Made by a program: the position numbers and the translations under genes
Shown here: positions 39,412 to 48,812 of the stretch, in pieces
How positions within the stretch are numbered: position 1 is the stretch's first letter
Layout: each line of letters opens with the position of its first letter
Origin: Sphingobacteriales bacterium
Lineage (GTDB): Bacteria; Bacteroidota; Bacteroidia; Sphingobacteriales; Sphingobacteriaceae
Reading direction: 5' to 3'
NCBI GenBank assembly: GCA_038204935.1
Contig: JBBRCI010000002.1
Location: 24,888-88,887, forward strand
Length of the DNA stretch: 64,000 nucleotides
Notes under the pieces: generated by a model
What the model was told of the DNA's origin: nothing
Databases searched by the model: none
The model's input: only the letters and a program-made list of their open reading frames with translations

Positions 39412-40833
39412 TTAACCAAGATTGATAGATTTCATTTTATTATAGAGTGTTTTACGATCTATATTTAGGATTTGAGCGGCTTTTGTTTTGTTAAACTTCA
39501 CTTCTTTTAAAACACGAAGGATGGTTTCATATTCAGCTTCCATGGCAGCACTCTTTAAATGGCCTTTGCCGGTAGTTTCAAGAGTGTATTCATGTGTATT
39601 CATTACATTCTCAAAAGCTGATACTTTAGAGAATGTGCAGATTTCTAAAGGAAGCGTTTTCAATTGAATGATATCACCTTCACTCAGAAGCATTGCTCTG
39701 CGAATCACGTTCTTCATTTCACGAATATTTCCGGACCAGTTATAGGTTTTAAAACACTCAATAACTTCATCAGAAAAACCTTTAATATTTCTGTTTAGTT
39801 CAACATTTCCTTTTTCCAGGAAGCTGTAGGCAAACAACATTATATCATTATCACGTTCGCGTAAAGGGGGAAGCGTTATATTAAATTCATTAAACCGATG
39901 GTATAAATCTTCTCTGAATCGGCCGTTTTGAATTGCGTCTAAAAGATTTTCATTTGTTGCCACGATAATGCGGACATCCAGATCAATTTCTTTAGTGCTG
40001 CCAATTCTTTTTACTTTTCTTTCCTGAACGGTTCTTAATAATAAGGCTTGCAGATCGTAGGACAGATTTGCAACTTCATCCAAAAATAAAGTCCCACCGT
40101 TAGCCATTTCAAAATGACCAATTTTTGTAAACAAAGCGCCAGTAAAGGAACCTTTTTCATGACCGAAAAATTCACTTCCTGCCAGATCTTTGGTTAGAGA
40201 ACCGCAATCCATTGCAATAAAAGGCTGATTTTTCCTGGGGCTTGCTAAATGAATACTTTTGGCAACTGATTCTTTTCCTGTACCACTTTCGCCAGTTAAA
40301 ATTACGCTGTAATTTGTGGGAGCAACTAAATTTATTTGCCTGACAAGTTCTTTTGAAACACTGCTTTTGCCAACAATAAAATCATCGCCGGTAACCTTTG
40401 TAACAGCTTTCTCCGGTACTTCCTCTTTAGGTTCCGTATCTTTTTCTTTTGTTTTTTTCTTGTTTATTTTTTGTTGAGAATCAATAGCATTATGGATGGT
40501 TTTCAATATATCATCAGGATATAAGGGCTTGGTGATATAATCATAAGCTCCCATTTTAATAAGTTCAACAGCTAATTTAATATCAGAATAACCAGTAATA
40601 ATAATTACGCTGGTATCCGGATAATTATCTTTTACTTTTCGTAAAATTTCGCGTCCATCTGTATCCTCCAATCTGTAATCACACAATACAAGTGAAAAAT
40701 GTTGCTTAGATAGATGTTCAAATGCTGAGGTACCAGAGGTGGCAACCGTAACTTCAAAACCATTTCTAGATAGAAATGTGGATAAAAGTGTACCAATGTT
40801 TATTTCGTCATCAACAATTAAAATTTTATTCAT
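39412..40833 (-). CDS. Sigma-54-dependent response regulator (NtrC family; REC-AAA+-Fis HTH)
   Basis: ILIVDDE, LCDYRL, GESGTGKE, GSFTGA, LFLDE, FREDLYHRF, WSGNIRE and NKTKAAQILNIDRKTLYNK. ATG 40833. Confidence 0.95.
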   Translation of the reverse strand: MNKILIVDDEINIGTLLSTFLSRNGFEVTVATSGTSAFEHLSKQHFSLVLCDYRLEDTDGREILRKVKDNYPDTSVIIITGYSDIKLAVELIKMGAYDYITKPLYPDDILKTIHNAIDSQQKINKKKTKEKDTEPKEEVPEKAVTKVTGDDFIVGKSSVSKELVRQINLVAPTNYSVILTGESGTGKESVAKSIHLASPRKNQPFIAMDCGSLTKDLAGSEFFGHEKGSFTGALFTKIGHFEMANGGTLFLDEVANLSYDLQALLLRTVQERKVKRIGSTKEIDLDVRIIVATNENLLDAIQNGRFREDLYHRFNEFNITLPPLRERDNDIMLFAYSFLEKGNVELNRNIKGFSDEVIECFKTYNWSGNIREMKNVIRRAMLLSEGDIIQLKTLPLEICTFSKVSAFENVMNTHEYTLETTGKGHLKSAAMEAEYETILRVLKEVKFNKTKAAQILNIDRKTLYNKMKSINLG

Positions 40834-40984
40834 TCCCACAGGTTGCAAAGTTTTCAATCACTGTATAATGTGTGATAAATATCACAGGCGTTTAAATATA
40901 CAGCTTAAATTAATAGAAAATTATGTAATTTGATTTTCAGGTATTTAAAAATTAAATCTATTAAATATTTATTGTAAAAATTAA

Positions 40985-41767
40985 TTATTTTTTAGTAAAA
41001 TTTGCTTTTCTTTTATCCAGAAAAGCACTCACACCTTCTTTATAATCATCGGTACCAAAACAATTAGAAAATTCTGATATTTCCTCATCAAAACCGTTCA
41101 CACCATTAGTTAAGCTGGCATTTACTGCTCTAATTGCAGAACCTACTGCTTTTGGTGATCTGCTCATAATTTTTTGCATCAGTTCATCTGCTTTTTGCAT
41201 CAGTTCTTCTGATGGAACGCTATAATTAACCAAACCTATTCGGTAAGCTTCGTCGGCAGTGATCATATCTGCGGTTAAAATCATCTCTAAAGATTTTCCC
41301 TTTCCAACTAGTTGTGTTAATCTTTGCGTACCTCCATAGCCAGGTATTAATCCCAAGCTTACTTCTGGTAAACCCATTTTTGCATTTTCTGATGCAACAC
41401 GTAAATGACAGGCAAGTGCTAGTTCTAATCCACCTCCCAGAGCGAAACCATTAATAGCCGCGATAACAGGCTTTTCGCTGTTTTGGATTACATCAAAAAC
41501 CTTAGTCTGACCTTCGCGTGCTAAATTTCTGCCTTCATCAATTGAAAAATCAGAAAACTCGGCTATATCTGCTCCGGCAATAAATGCCTTTGGTCCGGCA
41601 CCGGTAATAATTATTCCACCAACCTCTTCATTATGAAATGAATCTGTTATGGCGAAGTGTAATTCTCCTAAGGTTTCTTTGTTAAGGGCATTTAATTTGC
41701 TTTCGCGATTTATGGTAATATAAAGTATGCCTTCTTTAATTTTTAGCAACAGGTTTTGATAGGTCAT
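40985..41767 (-). CDS. Enoyl-CoA hydratase/isomerase
   Basis: AFIAGADI, AAINGFALGGGLELALACH and PEVSLGLIPGYGGTQRL. Confidence 0.92.
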   Translation of the reverse strand: MTYQNLLLKIKEGILYITINRESKLNALNKETLGELHFAITDSFHNEEVGGIIITGAGPKAFIAGADIAEFSDFSIDEGRNLAREGQTKVFDVIQNSEKPVIAAINGFALGGGLELALACHLRVASENAKMGLPEVSLGLIPGYGGTQRLTQLVGKGKSLEMILTADMITADEAYRIGLVNYSVPSEELMQKADELMQKIMSRSPKAVGSAIRAVNASLTNGVNGFDEEISEFSNCFGTDDYKEGVSAFLDKRKANFTKK

Positions 41768-41812
41768 ATTTGAAAAATTAAATTTACTGGAATTGAATAG
41801 GGGTTTTTAATT

Positions 41813-42232
41813 TTAAAAGTTCCGGTTTTCTTTTACCCAATCGCTGATATAATTTACAATATCTGTTGTATGAGTTCCCGGAGCAAAAAGTTTCCCTACA
41901 CCCATTTTATTAAGTGTGTTCATGTCTTCATCCGGAATTATTCCTCCTCCGGTTAATAAAACATCGTTTAAACCTTTGGCTTCCATAAATTGAATAATTT
42001 TTGGAAAAACTGTCATGTGCGCTCCCGATAATATTGAAACTCCAATAGCGTCAACATCTTCCTGAAGTGCGGTATTTACAACCATTTCTGGTGTTTGTCG
42101 CAATCCGGTATAAATAACTTCCATGCCGGCATCCCGTAAGGAAGTAGCAATTATTTTTGCTCCACGGTCATGCCCGTCAAGTCCAACCTTGGCTACAAGT
42201 ACACGTATTGGGCGTTTAAAGTCTAAACTCAT
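41813..42232 (-). CDS. Cobalamin-binding subunit of a split methylmalonyl-CoA-mutase-type enzyme
   Basis: [13 protein letters not shown] (DxHxxG), [14 protein letters not shown] and FAPGT. Confidence 0.92.
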   Translation of the reverse strand: MSLDFKRPIRVLVAKVGLDGHDRGAKIIATSLRDAGMEVIYTGLRQTPEMVVNTALQEDVDAIGVSILSGAHMTVFPKIIQFMEAKGLNDVLLTGGGIIPDEDMNTLNKMGVGKLFAPGTHTTDIVNYISDWVKENRNF

Positions 42233-42352
42233 AAGCTGTAAAAGTAATAAGAAAAATGGATTTGGTCTTTCAGGTCAGATTCTTATTGAATTGAAATCTG
42301 CGTGACTAAATTTATTACTTTTGCAAACTGCTTTTTATTGCAGAAAGAATTT

Positions 42353-44023
42353 ATGAGCGAAGAGAAATCATTAAACTTTATTGAAGAGATAATTGAGGAG
42401 GATATTAAAGCTGGGAAACATGATGGGCGTGTTTTAACTCGTTTTCCGCCAGAGCCAAATGGTTATTTGCATATTGGACATGCTAAATCAATATGTTTAA
42501 ATTTTGGGTTGGCCCAAAAATACAACGGACTAACCAACCTTCGTTTTGACGATACCAATCCGCATACAGAAGATACAGAATATGTTGATAGTATTCGTCA
42601 TGATATACACTGGCTAGGATTTGAATGGAATAAAGAGCTATATTCTTCAGACTATTTTCCACAGCTTTATGATTTTGCGATAACTCTAATTAAAACAGGT
42701 TTGGCTTATGTTGATGATAATACCGCTGAAGAGATCGCGAAAGCCAAAGGAACTCCCACAACTCCCGGTACGCCAACAATCTACAGGAGCCGAAGCGTTG
42801 AAGAAAATCTTCAATTATTTGAAGGTATGAAAGAAGGAAAATTTCCGGATGGATCTAAAGTTTTAAGAGCAAAAATAGATCTGGAATCTTCTAATATGCA
42901 TATGCGTGATCCTATTATTTATCGAATTAAGCATGCTCATCACCATCGTACCGGAGACGAATGGTGTATTTATCCGATGTATGATTTTGCGCATGGGCAA
43001 AGTGATTCTATTGAAAAAATAACTCACTCTGTTTGTACGCTGGAGTTTATTCCTCACAGACCGCTATATGACTGGTTTATTGATCAATTAGAAATTTATC
43101 CATCAAAACAATATGAATTTGCTCGTTTAAATCTCAATTACACGGTAATGAGTAAGCGCAAATTGTTGCAATTAGTTAATGAAAAACATGTAAGTGGCTG
43201 GGATGATCCGAGAATGCCAACAATAAGTGGCTTGCGCCGCAGAGGTTTTACACCCTATTCTATTCGTAATTTTTGCGAACGAATTGGTGTTGCCAAACGC
43301 GAGAATATTATTGATTTCGGTTTGCTTGAATTTTGCCTTCGCGAAGATTTGAATAAAACTGCCTGGCGCAGAATGGCGGTTTTGGATCCAATTAAATTAA
43401 TTATAACTAATTATCCGGAAGGAAAAACGGAAGTATTAACAGGTGAAAATAATCAGGAAGCTGAAGGTGGCGATGGAAGTCGCGAAATTCCTTTTACTTC
43501 TGAATTGTGGATTGAGCGGGAAGATTTTATGGAAATTCCTCCAAAAAAATTCTTCAGGCTTGGTGTGGGTTTAAGCGTGCGTTTAAAACATGCTTACATT
43601 GTAACCTGTACAGATTTTCAGAAAGATGAACAGGGGAATATTACAGAAGTACATTGCACCTACAATTCTGATTCAAAAAGTGGTAGCGATACAAGTGGAA
43701 TCAGTGTAAAAGGAACAATTCATTGGGTTTCTGTTGAAAATGCAAAATCGGCAGAAATAAGATTATATGATCGATTATTTAAGGTAGAAAATCCGGCTTC
43801 CGAAGAAGGAGATTTTAAAGAATATATCAATCCGGAGAGCTTAAAGATTTTGCCAAAAGCATTTATTGAGCCAGATCTGGTTAATGCAGTACCAGGTAAA
43901 GCGTATCAATTTATCAGAAAAGGATATTTTACTTTAGATACTGATTCTACAACAGAACACCTAGTATTTAACCGTACGGTCACGCTAAAAGATGCATGGG
44001 CAAAAGAGTCGAAAAAGAATTGA
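42353..44023 (+). CDS. glnS: Glutamine--tRNA ligase
   Basis: TRFPPEPNGYLHIGH (HIGH), RFDDTNP, YPMYDFAH, VMSKR and WDDPRMPT. ATG 42353. Confidence 0.97.
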   Translation: MSEEKSLNFIEEIIEEDIKAGKHDGRVLTRFPPEPNGYLHIGHAKSICLNFGLAQKYNGLTNLRFDDTNPHTEDTEYVDSIRHDIHWLGFEWNKELYSSDYFPQLYDFAITLIKTGLAYVDDNTAEEIAKAKGTPTTPGTPTIYRSRSVEENLQLFEGMKEGKFPDGSKVLRAKIDLESSNMHMRDPIIYRIKHAHHHRTGDEWCIYPMYDFAHGQSDSIEKITHSVCTLEFIPHRPLYDWFIDQLEIYPSKQYEFARLNLNYTVMSKRKLLQLVNEKHVSGWDDPRMPTISGLRRRGFTPYSIRNFCERIGVAKRENIIDFGLLEFCLREDLNKTAWRRMAVLDPIKLIITNYPEGKTEVLTGENNQEAEGGDGSREIPFTSELWIEREDFMEIPPKKFFRLGVGLSVRLKHAYIVTCTDFQKDEQGNITEVHCTYNSDSKSGSDTSGISVKGTIHWVSVENAKSAEIRLYDRLFKVENPASEEGDFKEYINPESLKILPKAFIEPDLVNAVPGKAYQFIRKGYFTLDTDSTTEHLVFNRTVTLKDAWAKESKKN

Positions 44024-44062
44024 GGGAATATTGAAAAGCATGTGAAAACATGCTTTTCTGTT

Positions 44063-44869
44063 TTATAAATACTTCTGATATAGATTGTATAAAACCTGCT
44101 TATCGTATTCATTAAGCATCGGACTTAAATCATTTTGAATAAAATGAAGTTTAAAAGATTGGATGGCATAATCCATGTTTGTAACATCGTAGCCAATAAT
44201 TCGTAAAGCTTCCTTTGGATTAAAATTTCCAGGTACTGAATCTAAAATAGCATCCGGCCACAAGCCAAATCCTTTTTCTGATAATTCTTTCCAGGGAAAA
44301 TTAGAGTTTGGATCTACTTTCCTGCCCGGAGCAATATCAGAATGACCAATAAAGTTGGCGGTAGGAATACTATATTTTAGTTTTATATCTGCTAGAACTT
44401 TAATCAGACTAGCGATTTGTGGTTCTGAAAAATCGACATAACCATTATTATCGAGCTCAATTCCAATAGAAGATGAGTTAATATCTGTTGTATTTCCCCA
44501 TTTACTTACTCCTCCGTGCCATGCCCTTAAATAATCATTTAGCATGTGATATATTTTACCGTCTTTGCCTATAACATAATGAGCGCTAACCTGCGTTTTA
44601 GGCATTGTAAAAGTTTTCAAAGTTTGTTCTGTAGAATTTTGAGCCGTATGATGTATTATTACGTAATTAGGTTTTCTCAAACCAAAGTTGGTTGTTCCCG
44701 CCCAATCATTGTTATTGCTATCTAAAGGCGTTTGGCTTAAAGTTTTAGCTAAAGTCTTGCTCTGGCTTTTATACATCTTATTTGTAATTGAATAAGGGTT
44801 TGATGCACATGCTGAAAGAAGACTGCTTATAAGCGTGCTTGCCAGGAAAATATTTTTTATTAATTTCAT
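44063..44869 (-). CDS. N-acetylmuramoyl-L-alanine amidase (AmiD-like lipoprotein)
   Basis: Lipobox LSAC, IIHHT, VSAHYVI, AWHGG, IGIELDN and GHSDIAPGRKVDP. Confidence 0.92.
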   Translation of the reverse strand: MKLIKNIFLASTLISSLLSACASNPYSITNKMYKSQSKTLAKTLSQTPLDSNNNDWAGTTNFGLRKPNYVIIHHTAQNSTEQTLKTFTMPKTQVSAHYVIGKDGKIYHMLNDYLRAWHGGVSKWGNTTDINSSSIGIELDNNGYVDFSEPQIASLIKVLADIKLKYSIPTANFIGHSDIAPGRKVDPNSNFPWKELSEKGFGLWPDAILDSVPGNFNPKEALRIIGYDVTNMDYAIQSFKLHFIQNDLSPMLNEYDKQVLYNLYQKYL

Positions 44870-45095
44870 TTATTAATTCAGATTTGCTTAAACATACAAA
44901 TTTTGAAAGGTAAGTAGAATTCAAATCTCTCTCTTTTAGGCTAGTTAATTATGTAACAATTAAGTTAAAATCTTAAGTATGTAAATCTCAAATTATAACC
45001 TCTGCGTAAGTTTTTATCATTAGATATGAATTTATTAATAATCTTTCAAGAGTAATCCTTTAATATTTATTAATATTTCAAAATTATTTCAAACT

Positions 45096-46343
45096 ATGGA
45101 TAAAAGTTTACCAGGATCCCCAAGTCGTTTGCATTATCTGGACTGGCTTAGAGTACTGGCATTTACAATATTAATAATAAGTAACAGTGCCAGAGTGTTT
45201 GGAACAGATCATTGGTGGATGAAAAATTCGCAAACGTCTCCACTCATTGATCATGTGCTGCTATTTGTGGGACAATGGAGGATGCCTCTTTTGTTCTTGA
45301 TATCTGGCTCTACTATAGCGATTGTTTTAAAAAGAAAAAAACTAAATAGTTTTTTAGAAGACAGAGTTATCCGGATTTTGATTCCCCTCTTTGTAGGCAT
45401 GTTATTAGTTATTCCTGTGCAGATTTATTTTATCTGGTTGAGTGAAGGTTATAATTATAGTTTTATACAGTTTTATTCTGGATTATTAGAGTTAAAATGG
45501 TTTCCAAATGGAAATTTACACTGGTTACATCTGTGGTATCTGGCTTTTATATTTTTTTATACATTAGCTTTAATCCCATTTATATCACTCATCAGATCAG
45601 ATGATTCACAGAAATTCCTCGCTTATATAAGTAAAGGATTAGAGCATCCTGTGTTATTTTTTATGCTTGTAGTTATTTTCCAAATTCTCTTTTATATTTT
45701 TAATACCACTATGCCGGGAAGTAATTTAACGCAGCTTGCATTTAATTTTTCATTTTTTGCCTTTGGAGTTTTCTTCTTAACCCGACGAAATTTAATTTAT
45801 ACCATTCAGAAAAACAGGACATACAATTTTGTAACAGGGATTGCCTTTAGTATATTTTTATACCTCTTTTTCTGGTCAGAAAGAGGAAATGGATCTTCAT
45901 TTTTTAATTCAGGATTGCCTAGTGAGATAGATATGAAGGTTAACTTAATACTTTCTACCATTAACAGATGGCTATGGCTTTTAACCATTCTCGGTTATGC
46001 AAGTAAATATTTAAATTTTAGTCATAAAGCATTAAATTATGCTAATACGGCAGTTTATCCTTTTTACATCTTAAATCAAACAGTAATTGTTATACTGGCA
46101 TATTACGTAGTGCAGTTCGATATATCGATCTTTTTCAAGTTCCTGATCATATTATCTGGAACTTTCATATCAATTGGTATTTTCTATGAATTTGTGATAA
46201 AAAGAACCTTTTTAACAAAGCTAATTTTTGGTTTGAAAACCAATCTTGAAATCATTAATCCAATTCTTAAATCTTCGAAGGTAATCCTAGAATACAGCTT
46301 TCAAAAATTGTATTCAAAAAATAAGACCGACGATATTAATTGA
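45096..46343 (+). CDS. Acyltransferase-3 family membrane protein (OpgC/MdoC-like)
   Basis: RLHYLDWLR, WRMPLLFLISG, RVIRILIP, HLWYL and YPFYILNQ; about ten TM helices. Confidence 0.85.
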   Translation: MDKSLPGSPSRLHYLDWLRVLAFTILIISNSARVFGTDHWWMKNSQTSPLIDHVLLFVGQWRMPLLFLISGSTIAIVLKRKKLNSFLEDRVIRILIPLFVGMLLVIPVQIYFIWLSEGYNYSFIQFYSGLLELKWFPNGNLHWLHLWYLAFIFFYTLALIPFISLIRSDDSQKFLAYISKGLEHPVLFFMLVVIFQILFYIFNTTMPGSNLTQLAFNFSFFAFGVFFLTRRNLIYTIQKNRTYNFVTGIAFSIFLYLFFWSERGNGSSFFNSGLPSEIDMKVNLILSTINRWLWLLTILGYASKYLNFSHKALNYANTAVYPFYILNQTVIVILAYYVVQFDISIFFKFLIILSGTFISIGIFYEFVIKRTFLTKLIFGLKTNLEIINPILKSSKVILEYSFQKLYSKNKTDDIN

Positions 46344-46472
46344 ACTTCTGACAGAGTCTTTAAATTTATTATTCGTAAATTAATATTGTCTTAGCCGAAT
46401 TTATTTTATAAGATTCTTCACTTTCTGTTAAAGTTCTGCCGTCGGCTTAATAACTATTAAAGAGTTGGGCTT

Positions 46473-47303
46473 ATGCAAAAGTCATCAACATTAACCTGGA
46501 TAATTGTTTCGCTTGTTGGCTTTATTCTATTTTTAGCCTTTTTTTATATTCTGATAAATTACAGCAAGCAAATCACTATTAGTACACCGGTATACTTTTT
46601 TCTGGTAGTAATTATAGCTCTTATTTCCACGGCTTTTTTATCTGGCGCAATGAAATCGGTTGCTCGATATAATGCAACGTCTAAATCTAGAACCCTTTAT
46701 TTATCAGGACCTGCAGTTATTTTTTTTATTATCATTTATTTGGGATATAAATACCGGCCAGAAACAGTTAAATCTAATTCCCCTCTCAGTTTGTCAGTAC
46801 TATTTAAAGGGCCTGAAGGTTCGCAGGACTTAGTAATTGAGGGACAGGTGAACGTTCGAATTGCGGAATTTAGTGGTACCAAAAAAATTGATAATGAAAG
46901 TTCTGCCCTTTTTACTGGCATCAATCCGGAATATAAAGGCCATAAAATTGATCTTTCTGCAAAAGTTCCAGGCTATAATCTGGTAAATAATAAAGATTTT
47001 TCTTTAAGTGATTCCGGAAGTTTTACAAATCTCACCATCATCCTGGTAAAGAAATTAGATTCTATTTCGGTTAGTGGCAACGTTATTAAACTGCCAGAAA
47101 GAATAGGTGTTTCGGGAGCATTAATTCACTTTCAAGGCGTTTCTAAAGCATATCTTACAGATAGTATTGGGAACTTTTCAGCTGTTCTGCCATTTAAATC
47201 AGGCGATGAAACCCGCATCATTGTGAGTAAAGGCAACCGGGAAGTTTATAATAGTTTAAGAACCATAAGCGAAAAAGATTTTTTAAGTATTCCGGCTAAT
47301 TGA
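46473..47303 (+). CDS. Hypothetical membrane protein with C-terminal beta-sandwich (carboxypeptidase-regulatory-like) domain
   Basis: Three N-terminal TM helices, then beta-rich domains; VSGNV...GVSGA...TDSIGNF pattern. Confidence 0.7.
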   Translation: MQKSSTLTWIIVSLVGFILFLAFFYILINYSKQITISTPVYFFLVVIIALISTAFLSGAMKSVARYNATSKSRTLYLSGPAVIFFIIIYLGYKYRPETVKSNSPLSLSVLFKGPEGSQDLVIEGQVNVRIAEFSGTKKIDNESSALFTGINPEYKGHKIDLSAKVPGYNLVNNKDFSLSDSGSFTNLTIILVKKLDSISVSGNVIKLPERIGVSGALIHFQGVSKAYLTDSIGNFSAVLPFKSGDETRIIVSKGNREVYNSLRTISEKDFLSIPAN

Positions 47304-47310
47304 TATTGAA

Positions 47311-48282
47311 ATGTTTAAATATTATTTGCTGTTTCTTTTTTGTTTTCTGACTTTAAGAAGTAATAGTCAGACGACAACTTATAAATTCCGCGTCAGGTAT
47401 GCAAATTATACTGCATTAGCGAATACAAAGTTCCTGATTAACGGGCAACAGTTAGTAACCGATCCACAGGGAATTATCAGTATAAGTATTCCTAACCAAA
47501 TTACGTTCGCAAATATTGGGAGCGTAAACCCTCAGCTATATAAAATAGATTATCCTATGGAAGGTCGTGCTAATCTTCCTAAAGATAATTCTGTATTCGC
47601 TGATATTTTTGTATCCAAACCCGGACCGGATCTTGGCAAAATGGTAATCAGAGAAATAAGCCGGATGAATGCCAATTCAGATGCTTTGCTTGTTAAAAAG
47701 CTGCAGGAAGAAACGCGACGTGGGTACGATTCAATTGTTCAGTTGCTAAGCAGTAAAAATGAAATCGATGAAAAAATGCTGGCCAAAGGAAGAATGGAAT
47801 TTTACCCATTAATTTCCAGTGCTTTAAATCAATATTTAAATGAAGCTCGTGATGCAAATGATGCTTTTATTACGATCAATAAATCTTTAGATAATGGTGG
47901 CGCCTTTAGACAATTTGCGAATTCAATATTAAGTTACAATGAAATTTACGAATTGCTCAATGGCAACAAAAATGCTTATGAACAGGCCATAAACACATAT
48001 TGGAATAGCAAAGAACTGTCATTGAAATTTTCTAATCTGATGGATTTTACTCTTGAAGATATACATAAACCTTATTTTTTGGAGATAAATTATACTTTCC
48101 TCGACCGGATTTATCAGTACAATGCAGAACAAAATAAGTCCAGAAAAAAAGAGCTTGGCAAAACATTAAGCGCAGATATTTCGCAACATTCAGCATCCCT
48201 TTCCCGCCGTTTAAATATTTTGGGAGAGCGGATTGCAAGTTTTAACACACTCCTCAATAATAATGCAACAGTTGGTAACTAA
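47311..48282 (+). CDS. Secreted hypothetical protein (beta domain plus helical bundle)
   Basis: Signal-peptide-like N-terminus, VTDPQGII beta-sandwich-like segment, amphipathic helical C-terminal half. Confidence 0.7.
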   Translation: MFKYYLLFLFCFLTLRSNSQTTTYKFRVRYANYTALANTKFLINGQQLVTDPQGIISISIPNQITFANIGSVNPQLYKIDYPMEGRANLPKDNSVFADIFVSKPGPDLGKMVIREISRMNANSDALLVKKLQEETRRGYDSIVQLLSSKNEIDEKMLAKGRMEFYPLISSALNQYLNEARDANDAFITINKSLDNGGAFRQFANSILSYNEIYELLNGNKNAYEQAINTYWNSKELSLKFSNLMDFTLEDIHKPYFLEINYTFLDRIYQYNAEQNKSRKKELGKTLSADISQHSASLSRRLNILGERIASFNTLLNNNATVGN

Positions 48283-48355
48283 TTGCTAAACACCGTTCAT
48301 CTATTATTTAATTAAATACAGTTCTTAAACATTAAACAGTTATAAATTAATAATT

Positions 48356-48718
48356 ATGAAAAAGATATTTTTAGTTAAGGCATGCTTGTTATTCCTTTTA
48401 ATAAGCAGCTGCGGAACAAGTGGTGGAGGAATAGCTGATTTATTTATTCCCAATTTTTCAAATCTCTGGGCAAGTTCAAGAGGGACCAATTTTCAATTCG
48501 TTCCAAATGCCAGCAATGTTCCATCAGGAACTTTAACGGGAGATGAAGACGGTATTCCTTTTACAGGATCGTTTAATAGTTATAAAGTAGAGTTTACCTT
48601 TACTAGCGGAGCAGAGAACGGAGTAAAATATAGCGGCAAGATCATTAAAGACTCAGACCCGGTCAAAATGGAGTTAACTGGAACAAATAATGTTCAGTTA
48701 ACTCTGGTTAAAAATTAA
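48356..48718 (+). CDS. Small hypothetical lipoprotein
   Basis: Lipobox ISSC-GTSGGG, all-beta G/T/S-rich mature part. Confidence 0.7.
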   Translation: MKKIFLVKACLLFLLISSCGTSGGGIADLFIPNFSNLWASSRGTNFQFVPNASNVPSGTLTGDEDGIPFTGSFNSYKVEFTFTSGAENGVKYSGKIIKDSDPVKMELTGTNNVQLTLVKN

Positions 48719-48812
48719 ATTTATGTGATTGATTTCTGTTTTAACGAAAACAACTGTATCACCCTCTCCTGAATTTTGTACTATATTTAACGTTCTAAAA
48801 AATCAGGATAAT

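Noticed and set aside
40776-40784. Perfect DnaA box (TGTGGATAA) inside the sigma-54 activator gene
   Set aside because: Single, intragenic and far from the box cluster; expected by chance.
39412-40833. GSFTGA instead of GAFTGA in the activator
   Set aside because: The critical F and T are retained, so this is not evidence for a sigma-54-independent regulator.
41813-42232. Stand-alone B12-binding domain as a mutase pseudogene fragment
   Set aside because: Complete ORF with intact motifs; split mutase subunits are a known arrangement.
48271-48290. TGG...TTGC sigma-54-like motif before the 48356 lipoprotein
   Set aside because: Spacing is GG-N9-GC, while sigma-54 needs N10.
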